Counted from the first letter of the stretch, positions 51,933 to 63,704 are shown. The stretch is 64,000 nucleotides of DNA from Lama glama (GCA_028534125.1 CM052817.1:45324001-45388000); one strand, 5' to 3'. Notes: a model not told the origin generated them from the sequence alone. A program made the numbers and translations.

Positions 51933-52017
51933 TTTTTTTTCAGTGGAGGCACTGGGGATTGAAGCCAGGACTCAGGCATGCTGAGCATGCGCTCTACCAC
52001 TCAGCTTTACCCTCCCC
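51933..52017 (-). mobile_element. Short tRNA(Ala)-like SINE inserted in the ODAPH coding exon
   Basis: Minus strand GGGGAGGGTAAAGCTGAGTGGTAGAGCGCATGCTCAGCATGCCTGAGTCCTGGCTTCAATCCCCAGTGCCTCCACTG-A8 aligns to the SINEs at 25807 and 30283; flanking repeat AAAAGAAGCC at 52024-52033 and 51927-51936. Confidence 0.92.
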
Positions 52018-52399
52018 ATCATGGGCTTCTTTTCCTTCAGTATGTCTGGGGCCTCTCTCTTCGCCCGGCTTTCCTCAGAGGAACTTCCTCTCCAGAGTGG
52101 TCTCCTGGGAAAATAACGATAATGAGGAGGAAGGCGCCTGTGTGGCCAAAAAAATGGGTGGATCTGAAAACGGTGGTTGCACGTCGGAGGGTGGAAAGGT
52201 CTGTATGGAAACCTAAGGTGGACTCTGGGGCATCGTGGCGGAAAAAAATGCAAGGGACACCTGGGTGTCCTTGTGATGGGCTGGATCCTCGTCACTGGCT
52301 TCCTTGTGGTGGGGGGAGGGGTGAGTGTAAAGATCTGGCAGTCTGTAGGGTCTGCATTATGTTGTGAGTCTCCAGGAGGGGTGACCACCCCTTCTTGTC
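51972..52399 (-). CDS. ODAPH: ODAPH (C4orf26) coding exon 2, odontogenesis-associated phosphoprotein
   Basis: ctttcctccccacag acceptor; GQEGVVTPPGDSQHNADPTDCQIFTLTPPP...RGSSSEES matches recalled ODAPH; expected synteny next to CDKL2. Confidence 0.93.
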
Positions 52400-52544
52400 C
52401 TGTGGGGAGGAAAGTGTAAGTCAGGAAACAGGCCTGATGGCAGAAGCAGAGGGCAGCCTTCAGGTGGTAGCAGGGGAGTGAGTGGAAGAGAGAACTCAAG
52501 AGTCAGGTTTCAAAGAACTGCCCAGGTCAGCAACATGAGACATG

Positions 52545-53130
52545 GACACTCCTATGACCCAGTGGTCCCACGCTGAGGAATTTACCCAAAGAAATGAGTG
52601 CTCATGTCTACAAAAGACTAGGTCAGGAGAGTTCACAGCAGTCTTATTCCTATGTGCCCAAACCTAGAAACAATGCAAGTGTCCATCACCAGGAAGATGG
52701 ATAAACTGTGCATGCTCATACAATGAAAGACTACTCAGCCATGAAAAGGAAGACTTACTAAAACGACAACGTGGGTGCCTCCCATGATGTTATGTTGAGC
52801 GAAAGAAGACATGAAAGACTGCATACTGTAAGATTCCATTTATATGACGTTCAAGACCAAGCAAAACTAATCTATAGCGAAAAAAAAAAAAGAAAGTAAA
52901 AAACAGCTTAGGGTTAGGGTCGGTGTTATTTAGTGGAAAAGTAACCAGTAAGTTCTTTAGATCTTGAGCTGAGTGGTTGTTACATGATATGGAGATACAC
53001 ACACATATTTACACACACGTACACAAAAATACATACACACAGACATTTATATGCACACGCACATATATGAGCAATCTGTATTTTTAAGATTTGTGCATTT
53101 TATTGTGCATAAGTTATAAATAAATAAAGA
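52545..53130 (+). mobile_element. Old LINE-1 3' region (L1MB/L1MC-like) in the ODAPH intron
   Basis: ctatgacccag..gaatttacccaaagaaatga...atggataaactgtg...actactcagccatgaaaagga. Confidence 0.7.
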
Positions 53131-55642
53131 AAATTCAGTGGAAAAAAATATAATAATGTTGAGAAAATTAAAAATAACTGCCTCCCAGGGCCCGCCGTGA
53201 AGGCCATAACTTCAAAAGACCTCCTTCACTTCCTGAGCAGTGAGATCAGTCCCTGAAGAGAAGGGAAGAGGACATCCACATGCAGCAGGGGAATGAGCTC
53301 TGAGGACAAGGATGAAATTAGTCTCTGAGAAGAAATTTGGATCAATCTCCAGTGTCAGGGTCTTCCCTATAGTGGTGTCATATCATTAAATTGCCTATGA
53401 AAAAGCAAGCTTTCCTTTAGAAAACTATTTTTCACTTCCTTAGAGACTTACCAATACAGGCCTTGGAAGGCCTGCTAAGTGTGAACGATGGAAAAATGAA
53501 TTCCTCACAGGAAGTTGAGATTTCTGAGGCACTTAAAAAGAGCTAGATTCCCCTCACCTTTGGAACAGCTGAATTCAGGTTTCTTGGTTGTATTGGATAT
53601 GCTTACTGCCTGCCTATGTTCATAGCCTCTTCTAGAGATTCTGCTTCACCTGCAGCCCCTGGAAGGGTCAGTCCCACGCACCTTTGGCTACGGCTGGCTG
53701 GACTGCTGTCAGACACTTGACTCACTCGTTGGCTGGCCCGTGACTGGATTCTCACTTGAGAATTTCAACAAAGAGACACAGATAGTGGAAGATGTAAATA
53801 GAAGGTGGAGGGCAGGGGCTGGAGTGTCAGGTGTTGACCCATTGAATGCTGAATAAACAGAGAAGCCACTCTTTCTATAGAAGCTGTAAAATGGGAAAGG
53901 CCTCTCAAAGAGAAAAAGAGACAAGACACCATGTGGTAACAGAGCGATGGTGAGAGTGATCTTGGCTCTTGACTTTCTGAGGGCTGTTTTTTTTGAGGGC
54001 TGGCTATACTTAAGGTTCTTGGGACTCTCTATAATAGTCATTCCATCTCCAGTTCTAGTTTCTTTTTTTCTTTAAGCCAGCTTGAATGGGTGTCTGTTTC
54101 TTGAATGAAATACTGACCCTTTTCTCCCATACCCACCCAGGCTCCTAAGTATTAAGATCTTATAGTTGAAATCATATTAAGACATTTCCAACTACAGAAG
54201 ATGATTGATTAAATCTCACATTATTCATTCTTTCCCCCTCCACAATCAGATCGATTCTGAACCTTTGTAACATGAAAATTTCTGTTGAGAATCCAGTCGT
54301 TCTGGGAGAAGTTAGTCTTACACTTAAGCTGCATTTTGACATTTTGACATTTTGCTGTCAGATCAGGCTTGGCCTTGGGCTCTGCCTCTCAATTAGCTGG
54401 AATCCAGCTTTTAAAAACACCCACCTCTTGTGCTCATTTCATGTCTTAAAACCTTTCGCTACTCTCCAAATCTTCCTTGTGACAATGGGGTGTTAGAGCC
54501 GCTAGACAGTGTTTCTCTGACTCCGGGGGGATATCCAGTATTAATCAATGCTCTCTTGAGAATTTCTCCTGGGAATTTCTAAGGGCTCAAGACTAAGATA
54601 CAAGCTTGTCCTACTAACCAACCCACATAAATCCACCTCATCCCAGCAGACTAGATACATGGCGACTATTTCAGGTCACTGGTTGGCTCGCTCCAGTGTT
54701 CTGAGTTTGGGAAACTCACCGGTTCTTTACAAGGTTAAGGCTACACCTCTGAGTGAGTGGGTTGATGCTATTCATGGTCTCCCCCCAGTTAACACTGCTC
54801 ATCACTTCTGTTGTTTATCCTTGCTCGGCTCCATTCCCCCTGTCTCCTAAACCTTTGACAGTCTCATCAAAGCCCCTTCAAAATTCTCACTCTTCTTTAT
54901 TCATTCGAAGAATTCTCTTCAAAATTCTACCTAAGTAGATTACTCAGCTTCATATTTCAGAGAGAAGAATATCAGTGATCGGCCTGAAATTCTTTGGCTC
55001 CTGCTTCTCTCACTTCAAAGAGACGTCTACACACGTCTGACCCCATTTTTTCCCCCACCTATTTAATCCATTGGAATCTGACTCTGTTTCCTCCATGCTA
55101 CAAAAACACTTTGACAAAAATTATCAATGGTCCTGGGCTTTTAAGAAGCTGGTTCCAGGTGCCCGGAGCACTTTCCTGCCTTCTTTGCTCTGTTGCAGAT
55201 TTCACATCTCATTTCCTCAGGGAGGTCTTCTCTCCCCAGAAGCTGGCTCAAGGCCCCTGGCAGCACGCTGCCGTAGCACCCTTTGAGTCCACTTTCATCA
55301 TACTGTCGTGTGATTACTGTCCAGCAAATACTGATCATCAGTCATGTGATTACATTCCTCCTGCACTGAAGTAGCTGCGAGACCATCCCATAGACTGTGC
55401 CCCTTGTCCCTAGCGCAGTGCCTGCAGGGGACTCGACTGAGAGAAATCTCAGTCTCTATAGTTGCAAAAGTTACACGTTCCTACCTCTCAAAGATGATGC
55501 AATCATTAATAAGCAAAAGTTTCTTGTTATGTAACATACTGACACGACACCAAAGGCACTGAACATCAAAGACGAGAACATTTTTGCAAACTTAATTAAA
55601 CCAAAGTAGGTCAAATGTTTAAATGCAAATTGAAAACATTCT

Positions 55643-55866
55643 TAGAGGCAGAGTAGCATAGTGTCGAAAAGTATAGGATCCCATTTTATAACCGTGTGAC
55701 CATGGGCAGCTTCCTTAACTTCTCCGGGTCTTCTTTTCCTTGTTTGTAAAGTGGAGAAAATACTACTCCCTATGTCACTGGCTTGTTGTGTCTGGAATGA
55801 CACAAGTAAAGTGCTCAGAACATGCCTGACACACAGCACGCGTTTAGTAGTTGTTAGCTGTTATTA
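55643..55866 (+). mobile_element. MIR SINE
   Basis: gtgtgaccatgggcagcttccttaacttctc...tgtaaagtggag...aagtgctcagaacatgcctgacaca. Confidence 0.75.
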
Positions 55867-56581
55867 CTAACCTTGAATGTTACAGAGAACTATTGTTAAC
55901 ATGAGCCTCATTTTCTTGGACCCATATGGTTATATGATATACATACAATTTGTGCACTGTTGATAGGACTAAAGCGTACGGACGTTATTAGAACCAGCCT
56001 GCTTGAATATAAGGACTGTGGACACTGTTGGTCACTGCTATGTCCTCTGTACCTAGAACAGTCTCTGGCTTAGAGTGGTGCCCAGTACAGAGCTGATAAA
56101 CTAAATGAATGGCCAGGCAGATGCTGGCCATTTGAATGAGTTCCTCTCTGTAGACTTTTGTGAAGCTCACTGAGGATTTAATTCTAGTCCCAGGAAATTT
56201 GCAACCATAACTTACATTTAAAATTAGAGTAGAATAAAAAATCAAGCCAAAATATTGCTTTGAGTTTGGACATCAATTTTAAGTGGGTTTATTATAGTCT
56301 AGACATGAAATTCATAGTATGCCAACAACTAGTACTTTAGAAAAAGAACGTAAGGATGAGATGACCTTTTTAAAAAAATATAATTACCTGTAGTCTGTGG
56401 TTATTTGGGCAGACAATAGCTGGTCTGTAGTGAACCATCCTGATTTTTAAGAGAAGTAAGCTTTATACTTGATGTGGAGTATTAGAAAAATTCTCAAGTG
56501 CTTTCAGAGTTGAAGCAGAGAGAAATATACGTCCTGTGATACAATTTGCTTACGATAACTGCAACTTTATTCCTTTTGTAG

Positions 56582-56623
56582 ACTTGCGGGGTGACTGGCT
56601 ACTTGCGGGGTGACTGGCTACTT
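56582..56623. repeat. Perfect 19-bp tandem duplication (acttgcggggtgactggct x2)
   Basis: Directly visible at 56582-56600 and 56601-56619. Confidence 0.95.
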
Positions 56624-58074
56624 TCGTCAAACCTCTGGTTTTACAGATAAAGACTTTTGAGCCCAGTTCACACAAGTTCACACATGCCTCCTTCAACCCT
56701 ATGCTATAGGCCTAGTCATTTCAACAGTTTGCAGGTTCTTATGTTAGGTGCTGTGGCAGGTGCAGAGATGATAAAGACACAGAGAAGTGGGGAGATGCTA
56801 CAAACACATGGATCTGTAAATACAGGGCAGAATGCAGTGCATGTCATTGGTGATGTACACATGGCTATGGGAATTCAAATCCCTCTGTGAAAGAGAGACT
56901 GAAGTTTTAAAATTGTGTCTTAAGAAAGCCTTTGTGAAGGTCATGTCATAGTGACATTTACACACCATCAGGGAAGCGGAATTACAATCAACAGAGGTGA
57001 AAGCAGGACAAGGCGGCAGCCATAGCTGCTGCCCTGGAGGAGAGAGAGAACGGGGTGAGTTTGGACTGCCCCACATGACCCCGTCTGGCCAAGCCAGGGA
57101 AGGTATAAGTGGGCAATGACCTGGGACCAGGGCTGTCTGGAGAGAGTGAAGCTGCAAGCTGCATTTGAAAGACTTCGATGCCAGTCTGAGGGACAGTGGG
57201 GAAGAGTGAGCCAAAATCAGAAGTCAATTCTCACATTTTAAAGATTTTTTTTTAAATGTGAATGAATCTCTGATCTCATTATAACTTATGTAGCCACATA
57301 GTTACAAAGTTTCCTGAAGAGTAGTTCATTTTCTGGAAAGGTGTCAGGTGACAAGATCTGTTTTATGATGCATCTCTCAGATGTCACTTTTAGCAGGTGA
57401 TGCTTATGCGCCTCGTCTTGGGAATTGGGCAGGTATTCTTGGTTATCCATGTCTCCTACCCTCTGATCGCCAGAATTCATGCAGAGACTGGGCAAGGTGC
57501 TCTCTGGTAGTCTTACCACCAGCTCTGATGTCCCTGCCCCTCTCCGCTCATTGTGAGCATTGGGAGATGGGCACAGGGAACTTACGGAGGATGACGAGGT
57601 TCTGGCTGAACCCATGCAAAGCCCCAGGGCCATGAGGAAAGGGCGGAAGATGCAGTCTGACTCCTGGGACTCTCCTGCCTGACAGTATCTAGTTCTAAAC
57701 TACGGTGAACTGTGAAATAAACATCAGACCCCAGTCCCCCAGGTTCCCTTGTTCTCTGCCCCCTTCCTTCTCTATCTTTTTCTTTCCTTTCCCCAGGGTT
57801 TGCAAACCAATTCTCCAGCACAGGCCACCTGGACATTTTGTAGTGGGGGAAAGGAAAGAGAAAGGGGCAGTGGAAAAATTGAATCTAATATAAGCCTAAA
57901 GAAAGAAGTCTATGCTCACCGCTGTAGCACCAAGACACAGCTGACTAAAGCAATTAATAAACAGACTAAACACCCACCATGGGCAAATTACTATGCTGTT
58001 GGGGATATACAGAGGGGGCCATTGTTGTAATTCAGGGAGGAAATTGTTAGTTCTATAACAGTCATTACTAGTAT

Positions 58075-58290
58075 TCATACAGTGCTTGAAGCTTGAAGAG
58101 CTTTTCTTGCATGACAGCTCTTTTGGTCCTCACAACCCCCATAAGAATGAATATCATTACTGCTGTCACCTCACATTTGAGGAGGCAGATGCCAGAGAGG
58201 TTAAGTGAATCTAGGGTCATATAGCTAGGGCTGAGACTAGGACCAAGGTCTTCAGATGATAAAATTCAACCTCTTTCTCTCTGACCACAC
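58075..58290 (-). mobile_element. MIR SINE
   Basis: tcctcacaaccccata...gaggcagatgccagagaggttaagtgaat. Confidence 0.6.
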
Positions 58291-58416
58291 AGGCTGATGG
58301 AAGCTGACGTAAATATTTCCAATTCATGGATATGTATAATCACGGAACCAAATTTTGTCTTTACACACAACTTATTAATTAGTGGATCCACAGTCAAATA
58401 AAAAGAAAACCCTTAC

Positions 58417-58483
58417 CTTCTGCCACAGTTACCACCAACCAGCAGACCAACAGGCAGTAGGAGTAGCTGAGTCTGTGAGCCAT
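58417..58483 (-). CDS. ODAPH: ODAPH coding exon 1, signal peptide (MAHRLSYSYCLLVCWLVVTVAE-G)
   Basis: GCCATGG Kozak; hydrophobic core; AAG|gtaagg donor in phase 1 joins exon 2 (G|GA); total 495 nt = 164 aa + stop. Confidence 0.93.
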
Positions 58484-58519
58484 GGCTTCTGCCCTGAGCA
58501 GTCACTACCTTGCCCAACG

Positions 58520-58725
58520 TGGCTTTAAAGGGGTCGGTGAGTCACCCGCAGCCTGATTCCAGGAGTCTGCATTTGCATAGTGGACCGCAGTGATCAGAGC
58601 CTGCGGTGTGAGGGTAAGAAATCAGAAAGGAGATACCAGACAGTATTTAGCAACCAGAACTTCTCGTAATGACAGCCAAACATCATTCATCCGTCCTTGG
58701 AGGTGGATTGTGGGCAACCACACCC
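58520..58725 (-). promoter_or_regulatory. ODAPH: Putative ODAPH proximal promoter
   Basis: TTTAAA 58524-58529, TGAGTCA 58538-58544, ATTTGCAT 58571-58578, RUNX-type ACCGCA/TGCGGT/ACCACA at 58584, 58602, 58717. Confidence 0.55.
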
Positions 58726-59179
58726 CCGCTATCCTTTTAATTCCTTCAAATCTTCGCCCCTGTTAGTGCCTGCTCTTTACTTGTGTGTACACAGATCTCC
58801 CTCAGCAAGGGAAAGAATCTGCGCAGGAAATGCCCAGCAGCGCTTCCCTCTTTGTAGCTTACTTACTTACTTACCAAAGCCAGACAGAATGGGGAGGGCG
58901 TTATCCAGGTGCTTCGTGACCCACGTGGTTTGAAGAGGCTGTTTGTTCACAGACCTCAGATTAGGGATTATGGCTTCTCTGCTTTTGTTCAGGAGCCAAG
59001 AGCTGCAGGGGCAGAGAACTACCTTCCCTGGCAACCATTGTGGTCCCTGTCTAAACGACATGAAAATCTGGGGGGATTAACTTAGTGAGTTGTCCTCCCA
59101 TGGCTCCTTTTGATTCATCAAATTGTCACTAAGATGCCTGGTTTGTTTGCTGTCAGCTGCTGGAGGAGTGGGAGGGGAT

Positions 59180-59400
59180 GGTCACAAGTGATTAAGAGCA
59201 CAGACCTTGGAATTAGAAAAAACTGGCTCCCATTTTGGCTCCTTTTCAAACTACTGGGTGACCATGAGTGAGCCCCTGAGACTTGAAGCCTCAGGTGCCT
59301 CATCTGTAAAATGGGGCTGGTAATATCTCCCTCAGAGGATTACTGTGATGGATAAAAGAGGTGATTGACAGAAAGCTGCAACCACAGTGCCTGGTGGGTG
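59180..59400 (+). mobile_element. MIR SINE
   Basis: gattaagagcacagacc...gcctcaggtgcctcatctgtaaaatgggg. Confidence 0.7.
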
Positions 59401-60040
59401 AAAGGGACTTGTGGCTGCAATTAAATTACAGTGACTCTAATTCTTTGTTCTCTTAGGAGGCTATACTTGCTAAATCATGCAATCAAATGCGTCCACATTG
59501 GGCAGAACATTTTCCTGACCATTGCAGAAAGAACAAAACAGATCGCAGTCCCTGGCTTTGAAGGGCTGACAATCTAATGAGGGATTCTGTGTAAACTGAG
59601 AATGGAAATGAAGAAGAATGCAAACACTCACTAGCTAGAAAATGGTACATTCCACAGGCTTGATGATAATTTGAGGCAAAATTTTAGAACAGAGGATTCA
59701 ATGGATGATTTGCCAGCAGTTTGAAAAGAAAGTAAGGAACATCTGGAACAAGCTCAGTCCTCCAGGTTCAGTGGCTCTGTGGACCACGTGTCCTGTGCCA
59801 CATCTAGGTCTGGTGTAGGTGCTGGGGCCACAGAGGGTGTCTGGGGAGGGAGCAGGGAAGGGTCTCAGCCTATGCACGCAAGTTCATGCCCCTCAGTGTC
59901 CAGCTGGTCCCTATCAGGGAAGGACCTGTGGTCAGGAAGGTGGCTTTTCCCTGGGTCTCTAGCTTTCTGCCACACCCTGCTTTTTGGATCTGAGCTCAGG
60001 ACAATGTCGCCTCCTTTCTTTCTCCCCTCCACTGACCCCC

Positions 60041-60446
60041 TGAACTGGGTAACTTTACGTGTCAACTTGGCTGGGACGTGATGCCCAGATATTTGATTAA
60101 ATACTACTCTGGATGTTTCTGTGAGGATGTTTTGGGATGAGATTCACAAATGGGTGGATTTTCAGTGAAGCAGAATGCCCTACATAGTGTGGGTGGGTCT
60201 CACACAATCAGTTGAAAGCCTGAAGAGAACAAAAGATTGACCTCCCTTGAGCAAGAGGACATTCCTTTGGCCTTGAACTGCAACATCAGCTCTTCCCTAG
60301 GTCTCCAGCCTGATGATTGACCCTGCAGATTGTGGACTTGCCAGCATCCCTAAACATGGGAGCCAGTTCCTTCAAACAAATCTCTTCTCTCTCTCTCTGT
60401 ACACATTCTATTGGTTCTGTTTCTCTGGAAAACACTCATGAATACA
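60041..60446 (+). mobile_element. MLT2 (ERVL) solo LTR
   Basis: gtgtcaacttggctggg...gatgtttctgtgaggatgtttt...caatcagttgaaagcctgaa...ctattggttctgtttctctggaaaac...aataca. Confidence 0.8.
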
Positions 60447-61829
60447 CACCTATATTCTCTCTCACTTTCATGTGTATATCTGCTGCTCTGCAGATTTAGG
60501 GGACTAGCATGAAGACACTTAATAAGTCCAATTCTTCTAAATAAGAACCTGGGAGTTTATGGTTAATGAAGGCACAGCCATGTGCTCCTTGACCAGAAAT
60601 GTGTGGGGTGACTTTAGGAATTTCAAGCAGATTTGTGAGCATTGAGCTGCCTCTAATAAATATGCTTCTGAAATATGTCAGCAAGGAGAGCAGCCTCTCC
60701 CTGTCTCAGGACGGCCTTTCTTTCAACTGGAGCCAAACATCTGTGCTTCAGGGAGAATCTCACAGCCAACTCCTACTTTGCTCCTCATCCCAGTCTCCCT
60801 CCCCCTCCTTCCTAGTGGTTTAAAAATCTGTTTAGAATTTCAGGGAGCTCAAACTCTGAAGATACTGGGTTGGATACAATAAAAACGGTTTTTGGTAAAT
60901 AATTTATGTTAGGTGCTCAAATTGAGACCATATAAACCATACTTCTGTAGTCACTGAAATGGAAACAAGCAGCCTGAGATGGGGGCGGCTGGTGTGGGGT
61001 GGGTAATGGTGGTGGAATGGGACCAGCCATCGGTGGTTTAGACCAGCGATGCTCAGAAAGACCGGACTGCTCTAGCTGTGGCTTCCTGTGCTGCTCTGCC
61101 TTTCACATGCTCAAGGATCCGGGGATGTCTGCCCATGGGATGGTCGCCTGCACCTTGCCTTGCTTATCTCTGCAGTCCTGTGGGGGTGAAGTCCCTGTTT
61201 TGCCACCAGAGATTGGAGCAGCAAAGACGAGCTACAGTCATGTCCAGTGTGGCTAGTCTCCTGCTGCAGAAACCGCTGAAGCTGTCTAGGGGAGGTGTTC
61301 CCCTTCTCAGGCCACGGGAGTAACCCAGGAAGCTGTCGTTAGGGCCGCTATGAGTCAGGATGACAGGTAATGTGGGGAACGGTGGGTACCGGGCCTGCCC
61401 CTGAGTCAGGCTAAGGGAGTAGCGAGCGCTGCGAGGCTGACTTCCCGTAGGCCTGGGGGTGGATCGGCGTTCTCTGTAGGAAGGACCGGGGCTGATGCTC
61501 CTTCGGGGAATCTAAAGGTTCTGTGGCTGGCGCCCGTCTGATGGTGCTGCTTCTGGGATGGCCTGCATGACTCTTCTGCTGGGCTTGCTAGGGCATCTTC
61601 TGCTAGGATTTCTCCTAAAAGGGATTTCAGGCGATTTAGACACATCTCCAACTCCACCATTTTGCAGATCAGGAGACAGGCCTAGAGATGGTACCTAGCC
61701 ATCCCAGTGACTTAACAAGAGAATGGCAATAACATCTTGGTCAGGGGCAGAGGGATGCCCACTACGTGAGAGCCCTTACCAGTGGTTTGAAACAGCATGA
61801 AACTGGTGGGATAAATCAGTGTTCTCCTT

Positions 61830-62110
61830 TGCCCCATTAGCGGTGAGACCTTGGACCAGTCAGCTTCACTGACCCTCAATTTCCTCATCTGTATTATATA
61901 ACATTTGCTGTATTCTAAGCATCACTGTTCTAATTATTGCACCTACATTAAGCCATTTAATTATCAACCCAACAAGGAAGGTACTACTGTCATCCCCATT
62001 TAAAGATGAGAAAACTGAGGCACAGAGAGGTCAAGTCATGTGGCTAATAAGTGGTAGAGTCATGATACGAACAGAGACAGTTCGGCTGTAGAATTCTTGG
62101 TCTAATCACT
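61830..62110. mobile_element. MIR fragments in both orientations
   Basis: ctcaatttcctcatctgta (+) and ccccatttaaagatgagaaaactgaggcacagagagg (-). Confidence 0.7.
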
Positions 62111-62254
62111 GTGCTAGGTGGGCTCTGACACTCTGTCAACTTATGTCTGTAAAAATATCCTTAAAACTCACCCATGTACTGTAGGACAAGAGACTTGGTT
62201 TGTTAACAATTTTTTTTTCAAGGCAAAATAAATAAAAGAGTTTTGGGGAAAATT

Positions 62255-62665
62255 AAAGATTAAAAGAGATTAAAAAGACATATAAAATAATTACAATATT
62301 TGGACTTTACTTGGGTCCTGTTTTAAATAAACAAATCATTAAAAAGAAAACAGTTGGAGAAATGTAAACACTGACTAGGCATTTGATGATATTAAGTGAT
62401 TATTGTAGGTGTGATAATAATAAATGGCTTTGTCAAGAAAAAAAAAACCAAAATAGAGTCTTTACTTTTCAGAGACAGATGCTGAACTATTTACAGATTG
62501 TATTTTGTCCTGGATTTACTTCAAAATATTCAGAGGATGGGGAGTGAGTGGGGGTATTGATGCAGCAAGATTGTCCATGTTTAATAATTGTTTAATCTGG
62601 GTAATGGGTACACTCAAGTTTATTATACTATCCACTTTTGTTTGAAATCTTATAAAAAATTTTTT
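62255..62665 (+). mobile_element. L1MC-like 3' end
   Basis: aaacactgactaggcatttgatgatattaag...tactgaa-like/tttacaga...ctgggtaatgggtacac; family uncertain. Confidence 0.55.
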
Positions 62666-63174
62666 TAAGAAGATCACACTGTATAAATTTTTGTTTTATT
62701 CTCTCAGAAACGTCAGAGTCCCACCGACCTACTTCACAAACTGGTGGGAACAGTGACTGCCCACAGGGAGAGGGAGGGTGGGACACTGCTTAGGAGATTC
62801 ACCTTCCAGGGTGTCACTGATTGAAGGTGACTTCCAGTGCTGCCCATGTGGCAGACTCCTAGAAGATTCTTCTGGACTGTGCGAGTGCATAAGTATAGGG
62901 ATGGATGACTGCGAATGAATCTGGTCCCCAGTGAGCTAGAGAACCAGCTCACAAGATCAGGAACAGAATCTAATTTCTGGGCCAAATATAATGAAAGAGT
63001 GATTCTGTATGTTTCCTAATGAACCAAATTATGCATTTAAAGGCATCTTTATCTATCACAATCATACCAAGGACCAAAATACTACCATACCTTCCCCCCT
63101 TATCCAGCAGACAAATGTGCATAAAGAGATTTATTGACACAAAAATCTTCACTCTGAAGCTATATCCCCACTAC

Positions 63175-63674
63175 NNNNNNNNNNNNNNNNNNNNNNNNNN
63201 NNNNNNNNNNNNNNNNNNNNNNNNNNNNNNNNNNNNNNNNNNNNNNNNNNNNNNNNNNNNNNNNNNNNNNNNNNNNNNNNNNNNNNNNNNNNNNNNNNNN
63301 NNNNNNNNNNNNNNNNNNNNNNNNNNNNNNNNNNNNNNNNNNNNNNNNNNNNNNNNNNNNNNNNNNNNNNNNNNNNNNNNNNNNNNNNNNNNNNNNNNNN
63401 NNNNNNNNNNNNNNNNNNNNNNNNNNNNNNNNNNNNNNNNNNNNNNNNNNNNNNNNNNNNNNNNNNNNNNNNNNNNNNNNNNNNNNNNNNNNNNNNNNNN
63501 NNNNNNNNNNNNNNNNNNNNNNNNNNNNNNNNNNNNNNNNNNNNNNNNNNNNNNNNNNNNNNNNNNNNNNNNNNNNNNNNNNNNNNNNNNNNNNNNNNNN
63601 NNNNNNNNNNNNNNNNNNNNNNNNNNNNNNNNNNNNNNNNNNNNNNNNNNNNNNNNNNNNNNNNNNNNNNNNNN
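63175..63674. other. Assembly gap (500 N)
   Basis: Run of N. Confidence 1.
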
Positions 63675-63704
63675 TTATACATAATGATGAGAATATATAT
63701 CATT

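Noticed and set aside
52292..52399. Alternative reading frame of ODAPH exon 2, as recalled for a longer human isoform
   Set aside because: That frame hits TGA after 35 codons (52294-52292) here, so no dual-coding is supported.
51881..52419. Plus-strand ORFs (111, 129, 80 aa) overlapping ODAPH exon 2
   Set aside because: Antisense shadows of a GC-rich coding exon and the SINE; no splice or promoter support.
52400..52499. N-terminal part of the 175-aa ORF as the ODAPH start
   Set aside because: Intronic; the true start and signal peptide are in the exon at 58483-58417.
63019..63703. 221-aa and 184-aa ORFs
   Set aside because: Artefacts of translating through the N gap.
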